IMG/VR virus record: IMGVR_UViG_2706796725_000001
Span: 1 to 64,000 of that record
Direction: 5' to 3' (one strand)
Origin: a virus
Lineage: Duplodnaviria; Caudoviricetes
DNA length: 64,000 bases
In this document: positions 62,301-64,000 of the stretch, piece after piece
Layout of the letters: each line of letters opens with the position of its first letter
Position numbering within the stretch: position 1 is the first letter of the stretch
The notes under the pieces: model-generated
Seen by the model: only the letters and a program-made list of their open reading frames with translations
Told to the model about the DNA's origin: nothing
Databases searched by the model: none
Program-made: the position numbers and the translations under genes

Positions 62301-63586
62301 TCAGACGGAACACACATTGTCGCATCAACGTTCAGGTTATCAATAATACCATTAAGCTGATCTGTTGCCTTAATCTCTAAAGCAATGATAACGGGACGGA
62401 ATACTTTAACAGGCTGTCCATCAATATATCTTGGTGGAACTTTATCACCAATGAGATTGAGGAACTGTTGTTCAGATGTATTTCGGATAGAACGTAGTAC
62501 GCTCCACTCTACACTATCTTGCAGCTTGGTGTCATCAGGGGTGTCTTGAGGGCTTACCTTACGTGATCGAACATTGATAGCTTGTGATACATTAGGGACT
62601 TCATAAGTAATGTTGCTTCTACGCTGTCTGGCAGTTGATCCAGAACGTACAACAGAGTTAACCAGACCCGTATAACCTTTGATATAACTCACACCATCAA
62701 CCGTCTTGAATACAAACGGTAGGGCTGCTGAAGGTACGTTTCCTGAGTGTGCAACAATAACCCATTCATTATCAGTTGGGTCTTGGTATTCGTGCATCAC
62801 TGCAACCGTCCTAGATTGCTCTCTGCCAGTACTTTCGTTAATACGGTATATTCCCCTAGGATAGAAGAAATCTACGCTTACACGGTCAATTTGGGCGACT
62901 GTAGCCCTGTTTACGATGGTACGTGTGCCTTCAAAGGCTAGGGGAACGTTAACAGTCTCCTGAACAATATCAGCAGGCCAAATCTGACGTAACGCTGAGA
63001 GACTTGTATTCTGGTAATGATCCACAATCGCCATACGGTGTTCGTAGTTGGTAATAGGGGCATCACCAATTCGGATGTTCTCAATCTGCATAGGACCATA
63101 GCCTACGCACAACAACATCTTAAACCACTCATCTTCACCACGTATCTCTGTATAGGGTGTTGCTTGATATGCAGGAACAACCTGCCGCTTGCCTAATACA
63201 ACAGGAATAACATCATAGGCTCTAGCCTCATTACGTGCGCCACGAATACGTGAAAGTTGTTTATTCTCGCCCACTTCTGGACGGGTGAAGTCAGGAATAC
63301 TTGGCTTGAATAAGAGGAAGCCTGCCACAAAAGAAATAGCAGCAGTGACTAATGCCCATACAGGCACAACAGCCCCTTGAGGAGTCAAGCAGACATGAAC
63401 CACATCTTTGTTAGTAGGTTTGTAGGAAAGGTCTTTAACCATGTTCCCATTCACCCACACCTGCATCTTATCATGATGAAGCGGGTGGACAAGTTCATCT
63501 GCAACTTCTTGTAGAGTAATGCCTTGCTGAACTTTATATAGATCGGGGGACATTATCGGGGCTTTCTGATAAACCACCGAAAACAT
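59390..63586 (-). CDS. Central tail fibre / tail-tip host-specificity protein (lambda gpJ-like, with gpI-like N-terminus)
   Basis: About 1400 aa; 'YDVIPVVLGKRQVVP', FN3 domains, 10-aa '(A)IT..KI' repeats, C-terminal 'NVLRVRLGRL'. Confidence 0.85.
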   Translation of the reverse strand: MFSVVYQKAPIMSPDLYKVQQGITLQEVADELVHPLHHDKMQVWVNGNMVKDLSYKPTNKDVVHVCLTPQGAVVPVWALVTAAISFVAGFLLFKPSIPDFTRPEVGENKQLSRIRGARNEARAYDVIPVVLGKRQVVPAYQATPYTEIRGEDEWFKMLLCVGYGPMQIENIRIGDAPITNYEHRMAIVDHYQNTSLSALRQIWPADIVQETVNVPLAFEGTRTIVNRATVAQIDRVSVDFFYPRGIYRINESTGREQSRTVAVMHEYQDPTDNEWVIVAHSGNVPSAALPFVFKTVDGVSYIKGYTGLVNSVVRSGSTARQRRSNITYEVPNVSQAINVRSRKVSPQDTPDDTKLQDSVEWSVLRSIRNTSEQQFLNLIGDKVPPRYIDGQPVKVFRPVIIALEIKATDQLNGIIDNLNVDATMCVPSDWNVDWRDWTNKTLTPSENPADAYRWLLQGPMNASPLRNARLDLEGMLVWRNRNIQDGWKISSLIDYESTLLKELGQVAFTGRAEFGFIDGRYGVVEKIARYTPVQIFTPKNSRDFSSARTYPEVTDGIKFQFDNREKDYQKDEDIFYDLTIPTNERRGRFTGVDFWGVADRDLAYKHSRFGYYETKLRREVYKLTTDFEGLRATRGDLVRIQNDVIDVGLGSGRIKAITGNQIVIDEMEGLPSEIAETVFWNNSTILFNSDEVFWNNGDDVVVYGFQIRCSNGTISTITATYLGDNTWGTSDPIPVCADVGDLIVYGEAGRETLDCIVDNIEYQNDLVCVLTLINAANEIFELDDDFIPEFESGLTERPDYKVPTPPEFQVGLAGFDIARGLMYVSIGAVPDINEVTGYQLQVRRVSDDPEITLDWVDYEVPQNASQFVVSDVTRGDTYELRARTIGSNRLFSPFTAISTVEVPEGLPAQQIVGVSFDHTLDGTLIKWDQATDADFQYYELRTNVNFSDDVGLVTRTTSNVFNVGYLLGGQTYYVSAKTRFGVYSNTPTQINVSSPVVGTPTSLDIELIRDKTRITWQTPSSSYPIEDYDVRKNTPQTGTGLENSILLTTIKTTLFEIASEEAGEYVYWVRAKDIAGNISDYVTNQVHILSPSTPTGLVATGLFRSVQLNWDQPTYFGHDFTEIYRSLTNDIGDAVKVGDTTGNYFVDAVDGGDTFYYFIRNISVTGTPSNFSASASVTTPANADVLKQDLLNQIGYDQFDVASGVFPVRLVTELPELPNPLYPVGAIVSLAPHGELFNSTGTTWEGVIADIEDGSITTTKIADDAITTPKIFANAITAGKIAAGAVIADKIGANAVTTDKLDANAVTVEKIVAGAVTADKLDVTELSAITGNMGILTAGKIESQQVDSKNKPLVELDLDNANFSLRSAATGGRLEITDERIDVYDANNVLRVRLGRLD

Positions 63587-63597
63587 ATCAACACCTG

Positions 63598-64000
63598 CTA
63601 CTTCATGTTCTTGTGACGGTAGAAGCCTTGTAATCTGCTTTTCCATTTCATCCCCTTATAATTCTCAATAGAACAACCTGCTTTATCATCCATGTGAATA
63701 AACTGGTTGTCTGCTAAAACAATTCCTACGTGTATCGGATGACCTGCTATTGTAAATAAGGCTATGTCACCTTTTCTTGGATCATCTACTTCAATAAAAT
63801 CTGTATCTTTATCTTTCTCTAATTCAAATTGTGTTGAACATTCTTTATAACTGTTTTTTGTAGTTATTCCTGTAAAGGGTGGTAAGGTTATGTTGAATTT
63901 ATCCTCATAAATCTTTCTAACCAATCCCCAACAATCTAAGCCACCATCTTTCCTAACATCCCTTCCACCTGTTTTCCAAGGGATTCCTATATAACCAATT
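63598..64000 (-). CDS. NlpC/P60 tail-tip assembly protein (lambda gpK-like), 5' end outside the window
   Basis: 'YIGIPWKTGGRD..GLDCWGLVR...GDIALF..HPIHVGIVL..QFIH'. Confidence 0.85.
   Translation of the reverse strand, partial: IGYIGIPWKTGGRDVRKDGGLDCWGLVRKIYEDKFNITLPPFTGITTKNSYKECSTQFELEKDKDTDFIEVDDPRKGDIALFTIAGHPIHVGIVLADNQFIHMDDKAGCSIENYKGMKWKSRLQGFYRHKNMK

Noticed and set aside
1-64000. Prophage or temperate lifestyle, IS elements
   Set aside because: No integrase, repressor, transposase or host genes recognised in the window.

Overview
This window is 64 kb of a lytic, AT-rich tailed phage genome. It has a lambda-like siphovirus tail tip, and its two-component spanin points to a Gram-negative host. 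No integrase or repressor is visible. Layout: (i) 1-13.9 kb on + carries a phage sigma factor, a large terminase split in its Walker A motif by a 249-nt group I intron, a SleB hydrolase, an ORF-free cluster of tRNA-like and structured RNAs plus one canonical tRNA(CAU), a macrodomain, DenV, an RNA ligase/kinase/phosphoesterase set and many small ORFs. (ii) 13.9-19 kb is a mostly non-coding or early region with hydrophobic micro-ORFs (including a duplicated 18-aa peptide) and heptamer arrays with a 13-bp period, probably near the genome terminus. (iii) 19-46.8 kb on - carries replication and nucleotide metabolism genes: UvrD-like helicase, PAPS-reductase-like protein, DNA ligase, DHFR, ThyA, glutaredoxin, NrdB, NrdA with a Gln-ending mini-intein, MazG, HNH, NADAR, exonuclease, SSB, family B polymerase and a T7-type primase-helicase. 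(iv) An isolated small-terminase-like gene lies on +. (v) 49.8-64 kb on - carries lysis and tail genes, including a chimeric FN3-SGNH protein with a recently acquired GC-rich patch. Many genes are frameshifted at homopolymers and two show micro-deletion patches, so the assembly is probably error-prone. Family assignments come from motif recognition by eye; no database searches were run.
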